Source: Octopus bimaculoides
Lineage: Eukaryota
Length of the DNA: 64,000 nt
Direction of reading: 5' to 3'
Assembly (NCBI RefSeq): GCF_001194135.2
Contig: NC_068992.1
Span: 55,328,723-55,392,722, forward strand
Under the pieces are notes generated by a model, which was not told the origin of the DNA, made no database searches, and saw only the letters and a list, made by a program, of their open reading frames with translations. This document shows, piece by piece, positions 14,653 through 27,949 of the stretch. Position 1 is the stretch's first letter. Each line of letters starts with the position of its first letter. The position numbers and the translations under genes are program-made.

Positions 14653-15078
14653 NNNNNNNNNNNNNNNNNNNNNNNNNNNNNNNNNNNNNNNNNNNNNNNN
14701 NNNNNNNNNNNNNNNNNNNNNNNNNNNNNNNNNNNNNNNNNNNNNNNNNNNNNNNNNNNNNNNNNNNNNNNNNNNNNNNNNNNNNNNNNNNNNNNNNNNN
14801 NNNNNNNNNNNNNNNNNNNNNNNNNNNNNNNNNNNNNNNNNNNNNNNNNNNNNNNNNNNNNNNNNNNNNNNNNNNNNNNNNNNNNNNNNNNNNNNNNNNN
14901 NNNNNNNNNNNNNNNNNNNNNNNNNNNNNNNNNNNNNNNNNNNNNNNNNNNNNNNNNNNNNNNNNNNNNNNNNNNNNNNNNNNNNNNNNNNNNNNNNNNN
15001 NNNNNNNNNNNNNNNNNNNNNNNNNNNNNNNNNNNNNNNNNNNNNNNNNNNNNNNNNNAAAGAGTTCACCTCTATAAT

Positions 15079-15125
<47 letters not shown>

Positions 15126-15966
15126 ATATATATATATATACGTGAATACATACACAACATGTATGTATGTATGTATGTATGTATCTATGTATGCATGTAC
15201 ATATGTATATATTCGTGCGTGAATTTATATATTTATAGATGTAGAACAGTGTCAGGATGCTTAGATCTATATTATTACAGTTTGATATCATTTCTCTCAT
15301 ATTGAAACATTATTTGCCTCTCTCTTAAATATCTGTATTTCACTCGGACTGTAATATAGTACATCTTTGGTTTGATTTATGCTCAAGAAACATAATCAGA
15401 ACGCCTACAAGTATTCATGTTTGTGTTCAAGAATGTCATTTCTCTGTATGACGAAATTATTATAGCAATGTAATTATATTTTGGAATGTATATATAATGT
15501 ATATATAATGTATCGGTTTCTATATTTACAGCAATATCAGTTGAATATTTTCTATAGTCAATATTTCGTTCACATTTATGTACAAAATGATTTTTCGTTA
15601 CGTATCGTTCTACTTGCTCGTGTAATTAATTTTTCAAGCTCTATAATCACTCAAACTCACTATCTTGCAGTGGCTGAATTAAATACTTATTACATTCAGA
15701 TAGAGATGCGTTTATTCCGTTTATTGCGATAATCGTAGCTTTAGGGACATCACACACTGTTGGTGAAAGAGAGTTAGATGGATATTGCTTTAGTCGCGCT
15801 ATACATAGAACTGTTAATCATGTGTGCCAATTTCCAGCAAACATTGATTCGCATGGATAATCCTGGATTACGAGTCCTCGTTTATATGCTGTAAAGTTAT
15901 TAAAAGAGCTGAACGTTCTACTTCTGTCAGACATTTTGACTACATTAAAAATATAACACGCGTAGA

Positions 15967-16358
15967 CATGACTCTGTGGTAAGAAGCTGGCTTCCAAACC
16001 GCAAGGTTCTCGGTTCAATCACACTACTGTTAACCTTGGGCTAGTGTGAATAGTTATGGTACAGGGAAACTAAAGGAAAACTGGCATATGTATGTATGTA
16101 TGTAAGTATGTATGTATGTATGTATGTATGTATGTATGTATGTGTGCGTGTGCGTGTATGTATATATGTATGTATATATCTTTACATGTTTGTGTGTGTC
16201 TTGTATTTGTTCCCAAACACATCACAGCCGGTGTTGGTTTATTTACGTTCCCGTAACTTCGCGGTTCGGCAAAGAACCAATATATTATATACTAGTATCG
16301 AACTTGTTCAATTAAATCTTCAAGTCGGTGCCCCAGGATGGCCACAGTCTCAAAATTA
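15967..16358 (+). mobile_element. SINE family C with internal (TATG)n
   Basis: tgtggtaagaagctggcttccaaacc...(tatg)n...ttacgttcccgtaacttcgcggttcggcaaagaacc...ggatggccacagtc. Confidence 0.75.
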
Positions 16359-16870
16359 AAACGATAAATATATATAGAATTCTCGGTCATAAGTAAAAAT
16401 ATCCAGAAAACATTCATTCGCATGGATATGTGTAACATTAATGCTGGATTAGATATCCATGCTCGTTTACTTTAAAGTTATTAATCCAGTTGAACGTTCT
16501 ACATTTCTCAAACATTTTGGCTATATGAAAACATTTCAGAAGTACCATCCTAAATTTTATTCCATTGATAACCGCAGCCATTAACACTGCCTCAACATCA
16601 GCTAGGCTGCTCCAGGAAAGAATCTTCAATGTGATAACTCGATCTGATGGAAATAATACACAATTCTCCTTCAAAATAGGCCTTAAATTATTTTAATGAA
16701 CAACACTATGAAACATAGTTGCGTTTTTCTTTACACCTGTACAATACAGGAAACTTATGATCAAAGTTCTTTTAATTTTAGATCTAGCTGATTATCTTTA
16801 ACTTGCGTCTAAACAAAAGAGAAACAGGAAACTGCATTTAACACGCACCATTTGTATTACGCATCTTATC

Positions 16871-17077
16871 GGCAGTGAGGTAGTGGAATCGTTAGCGCGC
16901 CCGCCAAAATTCTTAACGGCCCTTCAGGCCCTTTACTTACTGAATTTCAAAGAAAGCACGGTTGTCTTTGCCTTTCATTCCAATCGGAGTTAATAAAATA
17001 AATACTAATTAAACAATGGGATCGACGTAATCGATTTCGTCCCCCATAAAAATTGCTGGCATTGTGCCAAATTTTGA
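16871..17077 (+). mobile_element. SINE family B
   Basis: ggcagtgagg..gaatcgttagc...ctttgcctttcat...taataaaataaatac...cgtaatcgat...ttgctggcattgtgccaaattt. Confidence 0.75.
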
Positions 17078-17684
17078 CAGAATATTACACATTCTAAATT
17101 ACATAACAAACTTTCTCATTACCGTGGACAAGGGAATGCCTGCGTATCAAAGCTGTAATATATAAACACTCTAAAATGTGTCTTGTTCGATGCACTTATT
17201 TTCGCCTACCCACTCCCCATCATACGCACATGCATACATATATGTGTGTATTTTTGTATGTATGGGCCTTGTGTATGGCTGAGCTCTGAGTACGATTCAA
17301 ACTGAATCGGGTAGCGGGAACCTAGTTCGGGAGTGCCAGGTGTTTGAGGTGTGTGGAGTAATGCTTAGCCGCTACTGTCCCCTAATCTACTCTGACTGGG
17401 ATTAGTAACACATGTCAGAGTCCCAGCTATGGAATAATTAGCTCTGGAATAATTAGCATGAAAACTTGCCTATCTATGCATGTGAAGACTGCATCCTGCG
17501 GACTCTGCAGAAAACCTTCGTGGTTGAACGGATGGGAAGACGGCTGCAGAAAGACATTGTGTAGTGTAGAAAGCAAAGAGAGACAGGTAAGACATTTTTG
17601 TCAAACACTGCACGTTTTCGTCCCAGAGCATGGATACGTGTAAACACACACTCCTCTTATGATACATAATATATGTGATATATT

Positions 17685-17745
<61 letters not shown>

Positions 17746-20700
17746 AACGATGTGGCTCCGCGGAGGTTCTATCTGCCAAGTTCACTGGCAGCGCCATTGC
17801 AGAAACACGCATGTAGCAGTCAATGAGCTCGAATTCAGAACCACATGAACGCGAAGACGATTTCTGAAACATAGAATACAGAATGAATTTAGTCGTGTTG
17901 TTATTCACTGGCAATTAAATTGTTAAGTGAAGCAAATTTATTTCAAAAGAAGAGAAGGTATTAATTATGTTGTTTTCTTATGGTGTGTTTGCCTGAAAGA
18001 GAAATACAAGTATTCATGGTTTTTAGAAAATGAAAATTTTGAACAATGACTTATTGTTGTAAATTTTCCCATCTTAATCTAAACCAAGGATGCACATTTA
18101 CAAGCATTTCGACATTCTGAAGGCAATTGTTGAGAGAAAAGAAAATCAAAGCATTTGAAAACACAAAAACTACTGAAGTAAAAAAAAAATTATTATTATC
18201 TTAAGATTTTTATAAAAATATTCTTACGGAATATTAAACTCTCTATGTGTATACACATTCCATATGATATTTCTTAGTTTTATTCAAATGGGTAAGAAGA
18301 TTCATTTAGGTCAGATGTGAAATATCACTATGTTGAAACTCTTAAAGAATTATTCATAGTTAACAGCACAGTAAGTACTATGTTAAGGTTTGTTTTCTAA
18401 TTCATCAAAATACTTGGATGATATGAGAGGAAATAGAAAAAATTGAAATATATATATTATTCGATATATCAAAAAAAGCTAGATATGTTCTCAATCTCAA
18501 ATAGGTAAGGTGATAGTACACAGCTGTATTCCAAAATATTTTGAAAAATCCTTTAATTCATATGCATTGTGCCAAGAGTAGAAAAGGTTATTGTGTATTA
18601 TTATTTACAAAATCAATTTATCAGAGAATAGAACATCAAATTTAGGTAAACGTCACATATACAGCTTTCATACTTTTGGTAGTTTCCAAAATTGATAGGA
18701 AAAACGGTGCCTGCATTATGCGATACCGATCATAATTTCCATAAAATATTGTAGTTCCTTACACAAAGCAACTATAATCTTGGAATTCTCCAGAAAATTT
18801 GTGCTATCCAGTTATAATCTAATGAATCTTGCAAATATCTGAAATAAACGTCAAATAGTGGAGTGTGTATGTGTGTGACAGACAACCTGTGTGCCAGGAT
18901 TTGTTTGTATTTCAACATATTACTCTTATTTTTACAATGTAGCACATACTGTTGAGAAACGGCTGCGTGACAGATTCATATTTTATCTAAATACAACCAT
19001 TTTTGAAGTTCTATTTGATTAGTGAGCGGTTTGATTTTTGAGGTCGAAACAGATTTAACAAGAACTACTCTACACATTTAATAACATACAGAACTTGTTA
19101 AATCACTTGAATTTTATTTAATGGGGTGTCAAAACGTTTTCTCGCACGCCTGCAACCTGGTCATCTCAGACATTCATCGCTTGTCTTGCAACATATCGCC
19201 AAGTGCACTAAACATACGTTCACTGTAGCATATGAAGATCGCGAGCTATTCTATATGGTAAGATGAGAATATTTCTGGAGTGAATTTAAGATCACCCATA
19301 TAACATACATTGCTATGGCTGCTTGTTTCGCTGGAGAACCGGTTTAAAAACTTGCTTTCTTTTCGGACAGACATCGTATAATATCCAAAGGCATCTCATT
19401 TTAACTACCATAATTTGACTGGATCTTGTTTCAAACAAATATAAACTTTAAATAAGTGTATTTATGTGTGCAAATCACAATCTGAGGAAAGAATAGACAT
19501 CAGGTATATNNNNNNNNNNNNNNNNNNNNNNNNNNNNNNNNNNNNNNNNNNNNNNNNNNNNNNNNNNNNNNNNNNNNNNNNNNNNNNNNNNNNNNNNNNN
19601 NNNNNNNNNNNNNNNNNNNNNNNNNNNNNNNNNNNNNNNNNNNNNNNNNNNNNNNNNNNNNNNNNNNNNNNNNNNNNNNNNNNNNNNNNNNNNNNNNNNN
19701 NNNNNNNNNNNNNNNNNNNNNNNNNNNNNNNNNNNNNNNNNNNNNNNNNNNNNNNNNNNNNNNNNNNNNNNNNNNNNNNNNNNNNNNNNNNNNNNNNNNN
19801 NNNNNNNNNNNNNNNNNNNNNNNNNNNNNNNNNNNNNNNNNNNNNNNNNNNNNNNNNNNNNNNNNNNNNNNNNNNNNNNNNNNNNNNNNNNNNNNNNNNN
19901 NNNNNNNNNNNNNNACATGATGGGAATAGAATATATTTATATTTTAAATGGAATGGTGATTTTTTTTGGGGGGGGCGTTAAGATGTAGTTTTAGGTTTAT
20001 CATGGTTATTTATGTTCCATTTAGAGATTTCTCTTTCAGAATTTTAAAAGAAAAAAAATGAAATCAGTCATGTGGTTTGAACTACAAGATTTCTTAGAAT
20101 TGTTTTATGATTCGCCTTATTCCCCACAATATGAAACCAATGAGTTCCAATGTTGATATATTGTTTATGGGTTTTATAAAGATATCTATCACAGTATTAA
20201 TAGTAATTCGTTAACGAATTCCAAAGGAATGTATTGATTACGTAAAGACGCCTATTTCACACATTTCAAACTATTCAATATATTTCATATAGAATCAGGG
20301 ATATTTTAGCACATAATCAAAACTAATTATATTTCGGAAACACAATTTGTATAGCCTGAAACAGCAAGTAATAGAGATGTCACTCACATACTGAGTCTTT
20401 AAAATGAAATAATTTATTCGTTCAGTTTTTACTGTCACACATAAAACGATTAATAATAAATAATATCCTGGGAATTTTTAGAGATTTTGAATTATGAATA
20501 TTGAACACGTAGTTTTTGATTTTACTATAGAACATCCTATTACACTTCTTTCAAGGAAACCATTTTCCAAAATATTCATTTAGATTGAATATAGGGAAGT
20601 AAAAAAAAAATCAATAATGCTAATTCATTTTAGCACAACGTCTTCCTTGTAGCTCAACTTTTGATGTGCTTCGCTAGTTTCTTGAAACTGATTTTGTTGT

Positions 20701-22040
20701 TGTTGTTGTGTTGTCGTCGGAGTCAATTATATCCGGTATGTGGGAAAATATAGGAAAAAAGCACAAACATGAATTGATTTTTGAACATGATATAGAATAC
20801 AAATTGCAGATAGACAGGTGAATACGCGAGCAAACAGACGCATGCATATATGTTGGTAATTAGGTGGAGAAATGGATTGATAATGAGAATACGTAAATCA
20901 TCTACTAAGAATACCATAAACCAGGTCGATATAGATGTAGGGAATAACCTTTATTTTAAAAAAATCATATTCAATTAAAATCTTTTCTTTGTCTTTGTAA
21001 GAAGAAACTGAAAACCTTGTGTCAATTGTGAGAAACTAATAAAGAAAAAACGAGGTATCTTCAAGAAATTAAGAATTAATTTTACAGACTTCATTCTGAA
21101 GCTTCAGGGAAAATTTGATTTTTGTTGGCGAGAACATTGAGTGCAGCCGAAATGCTTCAGTCTTATTGGGTCTCGTCAGTAACGTTATGATAATTGGATC
21201 AGACCACCATTTCCGCCTGAAAATAACTTTAGTTATTCAATTAGACGCCGAAAAGCAATCTGAGCAATTAGCCTAAGACATTACTCATGGAAAGCAGCAC
21301 CATGTTGGTGCTAACCTACCAGGTATAGCAGTGAAATCTCTTTTAAATAGTATCCCAATATCTTATAAGAGGAATGGTATGTTGGATAATATGGATACGG
21401 ATAGCACAATATTTGAATAAAAGGTGGTAATTATCACAGCTGGAAACTCTTTGATCATAGGCACGTTTCATCTGTGCTCACCAGGAAACAGCTGAAGCTA
21501 AAAAAATTAATAGCTGTGTTCGTTTTGGTTTGCCTAATGCTAAACAAGCCCAGAAACAACAATCAACGGTAAAATAGTGATTATAGGGTTAGGGTTAGGG
21601 TTTGAGACTTAATGATAGCAACAACTGCTGATGATAAAGACGGCGAATTGGCAGAGACGTTAGAGCATTGGGTACAATGCTCATATGTTCTAACTCACGG
21701 TAGTCTGAGTTCAAATCCTGCAGAGGTGAACTTTTGCATCCATCCTTCAGGGCCGATAGAAAAAGTAACAATCCGTAACCATGCATTGGAGACGAACTAA
21801 AATAATCTCTACCTGGACGCCTTGCTGTATTTTTCCGGCTATTTGTGTCCTGTGTTAAATTCTTTCCATAAGCTATTTGACGGCTAGACTTAACACATTG
21901 TTCGATGTAACATCACTATCCTGCTTCTGGCATGCCATTAGTGAATTTCTCCCTGTTTCAAGTATTCGGTCCAAGTCTTCGGCTAAAATTTNNNNNNNNN
22001 NNNNNNNNNNNNNNNNNNNNNNNNNNNNNNNNNNNNNNNN

Positions 22041-22084
<44 letters not shown>

Positions 22085-22366
22085 ATTCAAACACTAAGAT
22101 TTGAATTAAGATGTCACAACTGTTAATATTAGCAGTGGATAAAATTTAAAATTATTGGTATCAACAGTAGTAACATAGGTGGTTCGCAGGCAAAAAGCAT
22201 TATTTAGCAATAAATTACAAATTAGCACAAAGTGTAAGGATGCAGAAAACATCAACCTGCTAGGAAAAAGCGCTAAAGTTTTAATTAAACCACCGTAAAG
22301 CACCAAGGTAACAGAGAAATAACAGTAAGCGAGGAAACGGAAAGAAGAATATATATTAAGAAGGAA

Positions 22367-22491
22367 GCAGTCAGAATTTTGGATAATTTTTTATTAGTGC
22401 CTTCGTTCTTTCAACCGAACTCTTAAAGATCTTCGTAAGTTCGGTTGAACGAACGAAAGTGTTAATACAGAATTATCCAAAATTTTACTGC
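22367..22491. repeat. Imperfect ~55-bp-arm hairpin upstream of the second hammerhead motif
   Basis: gcagtcagaattttggataatt...ttcaaccgaact versus agttcggttgaa...aattatccaaaattttactgc with a short spacer. Confidence 0.8.
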
Positions 22492-22683
22492 CTCACACCA
22501 CTTCAAACACTATACATACATACATATATACATACATATATACATGTGTACTCACACACGCACGCACACACACACACACGCAACCATATATATTGTTGAA
22601 ATTTATAGAAAAACAGAAGACGAAGACAGGTGTATGAACAACAAGCAAGTGTCTTAGTTTCACGCACGGGATATTGAAAAAGT

Positions 22684-22719
22684 CTTTTACTTTTCGAGCC
22701 TACGCTCTTCAACAGAAAG
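22684..22719 (-). ncRNA. Degenerate minimal hammerhead ribozyme motif
   Basis: Minus strand cttt-CTGTTGA-a-gagc[gtag]gctc-GAAA-agt-a-aaag: stems I and II pair perfectly; core has A6>U and stem III reads AAGU instead of ACGU. Confidence 0.45.
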
Positions 22720-23579
22720 GTTTAAGAGAAAATAAACAGAAAGAGAATGAAAAACTTTTGTAGATTTCAGCAGTCCAGCATGGCGAACGTATGTAGTTGT
22801 GTGCATTTTTGTGATTATTTTTGTCCACCAACACTGCTTGACAGTCTGCGTTTGTTTACGTCCTCGTAACCTAGTGGTTCAGCGATAGAATAAGTATCAA
22901 GCTTAAAAAACGAAAATAAGTACTAGTGTCGATTTGGTCGACTAAAACCTTGAAGGCAGTGCCCCGGCTTGGCCGCAGTCTAATGACTAAGACAATTAAG
23001 AGATTCAAGATACTGCTGATTAGCAAAATGCAAATGTGGGAACTAAAATATGGAGTCAAGAGCAGACATAAAAGAATCTCCTATACATAAAACATACGGA
23101 CGAAATTAGAGGGTGAATGATAGAAATTGAATTAGAAACATAAAGAAAATCAGAAAAGAAAGTCAAAAATAGAACAAGACATTATAAGGCATCTAATTTA
23201 TGAGCTGTGGATATTAATATATTTGAATGAATAATATTCATGTCTCTCGGACATGAATAATTAATCAAGGAGTGACATACTTCATACAGTATGCAAAGAA
23301 AATTAATTTTAAAAATCTATTTTTGATTAAGAAGTGAAAAGCCTGGTGCTATTTGTTATTGACTCTCAAAAAGTGATAGAGGCTAACAATGGCCGTTAGG
23401 TATTTGTTTTGTTTCTCTATTTCTAAAGGAAATTTTAATCAATTTCTTCTGTATACGTCACTCTGTACATTATCAATTCACATATGAAATTTATATCTAT
23501 GACCCATTTGTGTTATTGCTTTATTAATGAAGATTTTCAGTAACATTACTCTCATCCAGATCAATGTTACTTCAAAGTT

Positions 23580-23610
<31 letters not shown>

Positions 23611-25439
23611 CACACAGACACACACACACACACACATGTATATACCAAAAAGCAGAAAGGTCTGGAGCAGGATAACAAAAAGAAAAAACACCTGCTGATG
23701 AATTTGACTATATTGAGACCGATGGGTCAAAGTATACTGGTGGAACATACAACGTAAACAGGCACCAGTTTTTAAAAATAACAGCCAAATATTGCCGTGT
23801 GCGACCTCAAAAAAAGACAGGTCCTTTTGTGAATATCAGCGGTCCTTTTCCTCTGGATACCACTACAAAAGGGGGAGGGCATCTATGGACTATTCTTAAA
23901 GAGTTTTCAAATCCAGTACCCAGGATACATTTTCAGCTTCATACTTATTATTATAGGAGCTTCAGGAAACATACCAACCAGTCTGGAGCCATGTATGACC
24001 GAACTTGAGTTCTAAGGGACAGAACGAACCCAAATTCTTAATTCAAACGCTACAAATGATCATGGTGTCGGGGAATATAATAATCTACAAGAACTTCTTA
24101 CCATTTAAAGGATGATGAACAAAACAAGATGCATTCCTTCACAGCCTTGTAACCACGTAGATGGCCGGTCACAATTTACTCTGAATTGAAAAACGAAAGT
24201 GGACATACATACATACAAACATACCATATAATTTTATGACCTGAATTTCTTGATAAAGTGAAACTTTCTGTTGATGCTTCTATATTCGCTTCACGAGGAA
24301 TTTTGAGGCAAATATTCAAACAACATTTGCTATAGAATATTATATACATTTTATAGTTCATGCTATGTATTTATGTAAAATTATATGACGTTTTTATTAG
24401 TTTGTATTATTGAATGCAGGCTTTCTTCTGTGCCTAGGTAAAGTAGTTGGAGGCAAGAATATAATTGAAAATTGTTTAGAGTTATTTAATTTCTTTTAGT
24501 TGCTATGTTGAGAATGTTGACCCCATAACCAGATTACAGTTAGATGTTTATCACTGGTGTGCATCGTTGTATCGTATTCTTCCGAACGTATACAGCGGTA
24601 TGAAGTAAATGTCCACATGTTAGGCAGCATGCTGTTTTAATACAACTTTTTTATAAAATATAGCAGCGCATTAAGCTATAAACGATGTTAGGTTTCTTTA
24701 AATATAGGACACCCATTTATTACAGTCTCAGTGTACTTCTTCACAAAGACTGCAAGCTTTGCATTCTATAGTTTGAATAAACTCACAACTGATAGTTTGC
24801 AAGCAAAAATAAATTGGAACCACATCATCTGCCTATCATTACCTAGATTTATCGACACGAGCTGGGGAAGTGAAGTTTCACTGTAAATTACAGCTGCAAG
24901 AGCTGATAGAAAATTACTACAAAATTAAAACCGTTAATTCTCATCGACGTTTATTGTAACTTTTGACAAAATAAACAAGATGTGGCGACTTTCGATAAAA
25001 TGACAGCTACAACAGTTAACTTCCAATAAAATAATTACTTCACTTCTAATATACCAGTAACGTCTTTACAAGAGTTAAATCAAGCAAATACTGTTCGATG
25101 ATTTCTCAAAGCGTGAATTAATCAATGACGTACCGATACCTAGTGACAATAATATCGAATGGAAGAGAGTAGAGATGTGAAGTAATTAAACTGACTTAAG
25201 CAATGAAAAGAAATGCCTGTACTAATGAAGTTGTACAACTGTGTAAAATACACAATTGACTATGTAAAAAGATTGGCAAAGTGACAAATACAAGCGGAAA
25301 TATACAGCAAAAGCAGTACTACAGTGTTTGAGATGTGAGGCCATTTTATCTAATTATTCGACAATGTTAAATATTGTCATGCTTGTTTCTCAAGCGAGGC
25401 ATTATTTCTCGTAACATATAAAAGAAAAATCGATCAAAT

Positions 25440-25483
25440 AATAATAATAATAATAACATCGATAACAACAACATATATAATAG

Positions 25484-25529
<46 letters not shown>

Positions 25530-25548
25530 CAACAACAACAACAACAAC

Positions 25549-25598
<50 letters not shown>
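25440..25598. repeat. Compound (AAT)n(AAC)n(AAT)n microsatellite
   Basis: Direct reading. Confidence 0.95.
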
Positions 25599-25599
<1 letters not shown>

Positions 25600-26340
25600 T
25601 TCTTTTATTGGTCATATTGGCCGAAGACGTTGGTAACAATACAAATTGGAAAGACAGTAAATCAACAATCAAGAAACTGCGAGGGAGTTACAGGGAATAA
25701 CAATGAAATCAACGATAAAATGAGAGATCCGTTAATAAGTAGATTATATTCAATACAACGAATGATACCATAGAAATTTAGAATATGTAAAGGATTCTCC
25801 AAATGGTCAAAAGCCATATATTGATGCTTCGAAGTACACAAAACTGACAAGGAAACGCATATACCTTCTCTTGCCGCTTCGTGTAGCCGCAGAGTTAATG
25901 TGAGCCTATTTAGCGACATGAAGTTCGACACTCTCACAACCTTTGCATGAAATTCATTGTCGGGTACTCTCTACCTCTCTAGCCTCAAATTTGTCGTCTT
26001 GTGGTACCTGAAGAAGATGACAAGGATTTGCGCTTCGAAGAAAGTTCACTCCTCAACTTTTTGAACTCTATCCACTGTGCAACACACATCGCCATAGAAA
26101 ACACGCGGGAAGACTAATTCTTTATTGCCAAACGGTCGGAATGGCTTGATTTTCACGATACACTGAGCTGTCAAATACATCCCTTCTCACTTGATAATGT
26201 TTGTGTCACACTACGCTACGAATCAGCAATGCACGATCACTGAAGAGTTACATGCCGGATGGTTGCACATTTGAGCACCAGATACAGTTGGGTGACTGGC
26301 AGGTCCAAAATGGCCATGCATGTAGTGTAGAAGTTATCCA
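25600..26340 (-). mobile_element. Decayed 3' end of a Tx1/L1-like LINE with (TTA)n tail
   Basis: Minus-strand remnant CIVKIKP...FFRYHK..LRLER...; ends next to the (AAT)n block at 25440-25598. Family recognised from memory, not by search. Confidence 0.5.
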
Positions 26341-26361
26341 GAAGATAATAATAATAAAATG

Positions 26362-26600
26362 CTAATTATTGTTGGGTCCTTAGGAACAGTATCAAACGAC
26401 ATCAAGAAGAATATAGAGGAAATCAGAATAGAATGCCCAGTAGAACTGTGGCTAAAAGTTCGCCTCCTCGGCATGCCCAGAATAATCAGAAAAGTATTAG
26501 ATAGTTGAAAAAAAAACGGATATCATGGTACCATTGGCTGCAAGCAGCAAGCCCGCTATACATGCAAAACTTCAGGAGTTCCAACAAAACCTGAGTAGTA
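26362..26600 (+). mobile_element. 3' end of an RLE (R4/Dong-type) LINE
   Basis: IIVGSLGTVSNDIKKNIEEIRIECPVELWLKVRLLGMPRIIRKVLDS* matches the conserved C-terminus (IVGSLG...LQK..LLGTARIIRKVL). Confidence 0.75.
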
Positions 26601-27565
26601 GATGAAAGACTAGGTTAACTACTTTTGGTTTTGAACTCTCAGCGTCAAAGCCGTAGACTATTCTACAAATAATTTTGTGCCAGAGTCTAACGATTCTGTC
26701 AATCCCAGAAAATTCCTCAACAGACCAATATGTTGAGACGCAGTTACAAAGACGATTAAGCATTTATACTGATTAGTATAAAACTTTTGGCCACAAACAT
26801 CTATCCGTCCAAAGTGGCCAGTAAATCGTTACGAACCCCCAGCATATAATTATCAAGAACTAGAATGACAATATCTGTGCTTTGAAAGACACCTCGATCC
26901 TTTCTAAACAAAATATTGATCGGTAGAAGTCGGGAAAACTGTCAAAGCACCAGTCTTGAAAGTGAGATAAACCTAAATGTTAATTATCGAAACCGAAAGT
27001 AGTATCAGTACTAACGGGAGTACAGGATATCCGAAAACTAAACGAACAAAAGCATAAATACAAACCCGGTGCTCACAACGCTGTACACGATTTAAAGATA
27101 ACCTCGATATGCATATCTCCGTATCTTAGACGAGTTAACAATCAATTCTACAGTATAATACAAACACCATGCTTTTTGCATTTAACACGTAACTTTTACT
27201 ACTACGTACCAACATGGTGGTGGGGGCGGTGGTTAAACACTTGTGTTCTGAGTTTGCTGCTGTACTCCGTCTCAGCTTGCAGGAGTCAATAACTTATCAG
27301 GCAGTGAAGTAGCTTTTCTAGAGGTTTCTGTCCCCGTCCGCTGTGATACGAGAGCCCGAGGTCTATTTCGCCTTTTATACTTTCNNNNNNNNNNNNNNNN
27401 NNNNNNNNNNNNNNNNNNNNNNNNNNNNNNNNNNNNNNNNNNNNNNNNNNNNNNNNNNNNNNNNNNNNNNNNNNNNNNNNNNNNNNNNNNNNNNNNNNNN
27501 NNNNNNNNNNNNNNNNNNNNNNNNNNNNNNNNNNNNNNNNNNNNNNNNNNNNNNNNNNNNNNNNN

Positions 27566-27735
27566 TTATTATTATTCAGGTCACTGCTTGGAATCGAACT
27601 CGGAATCTTGGGGTTAGTAACCCGCGCTCTTAACCACTGCACCATATACGGGCATATGGCGTAGTGGTTAAGAGCGCGGGATAGCCCCAAGATTCCGAGT
27701 TCGATTCCAGGCAGCGACCTGAATAATAATAATAA
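27566..27735. repeat. Palindrome of two head-to-head tRNA-derived heads, each ending in (AAT)n
   Basis: Arms ~80 bp (27566-27647 and 27654-27735) around a 6-nt loop; each reads atatgg(c/t)g(t/c)agtggttaagagcgcggg...ccccaagattccgagttcgattcca(g/a)gcag(c/t)gacctgaataat, with A-box and B-box (GTTCGATTCC). Confidence 0.85.
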
Positions 27736-27795
27736 TAATAATAATAACATCGAAAATATCTTAGGAATGAGAACCCAGGTTCGAAATTTCCCCCA

Positions 27796-27841
27796 GACAC
27801 CTGATGAAGGCTGGAGGGTATATCAGCCGAAACGTTTTGTT
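27796..27841 (+). ncRNA. Minimal type-I hammerhead ribozyme motif (Penelope/retrozyme-like)
   Basis: gacac-CTGATGA-a-ggctg[gagggtatat]cagcc-GAAA-CGT-T-ttgtt: intact CUGAUGA and GAAA core, 5-bp stem II, palindromic loopless ACGU stem III, stem I of 4 bp after one mismatch. Confidence 0.65.
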
Positions 27842-27949
27842 AACAACAAACAAGATGAGGACAAATATCCATCAATTGTAAATAATATAAATAATGTACA
27901 TAATTCCTCATCTCTTAAATATAGAACTGAGCAACAATTATAATAATAA

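Noticed and set aside
14551-15112. ~55-bp sequence repeated on both sides of a gap (14551 and 15059)
   Set aside because: Exact duplicate flanking an N run; most likely an unmerged contig overlap or allelic haplotypes.
23695-23737. CTGATGA plus tttgac/gtcaaa stem
   Set aside because: The required GAAA is absent (GTAT).
27654-27720. Functional tRNA gene call for the palindrome arms and other SINE heads
   Set aside because: No proper acceptor stem or cloverleaf; they run into SINE bodies or (AAT)n.
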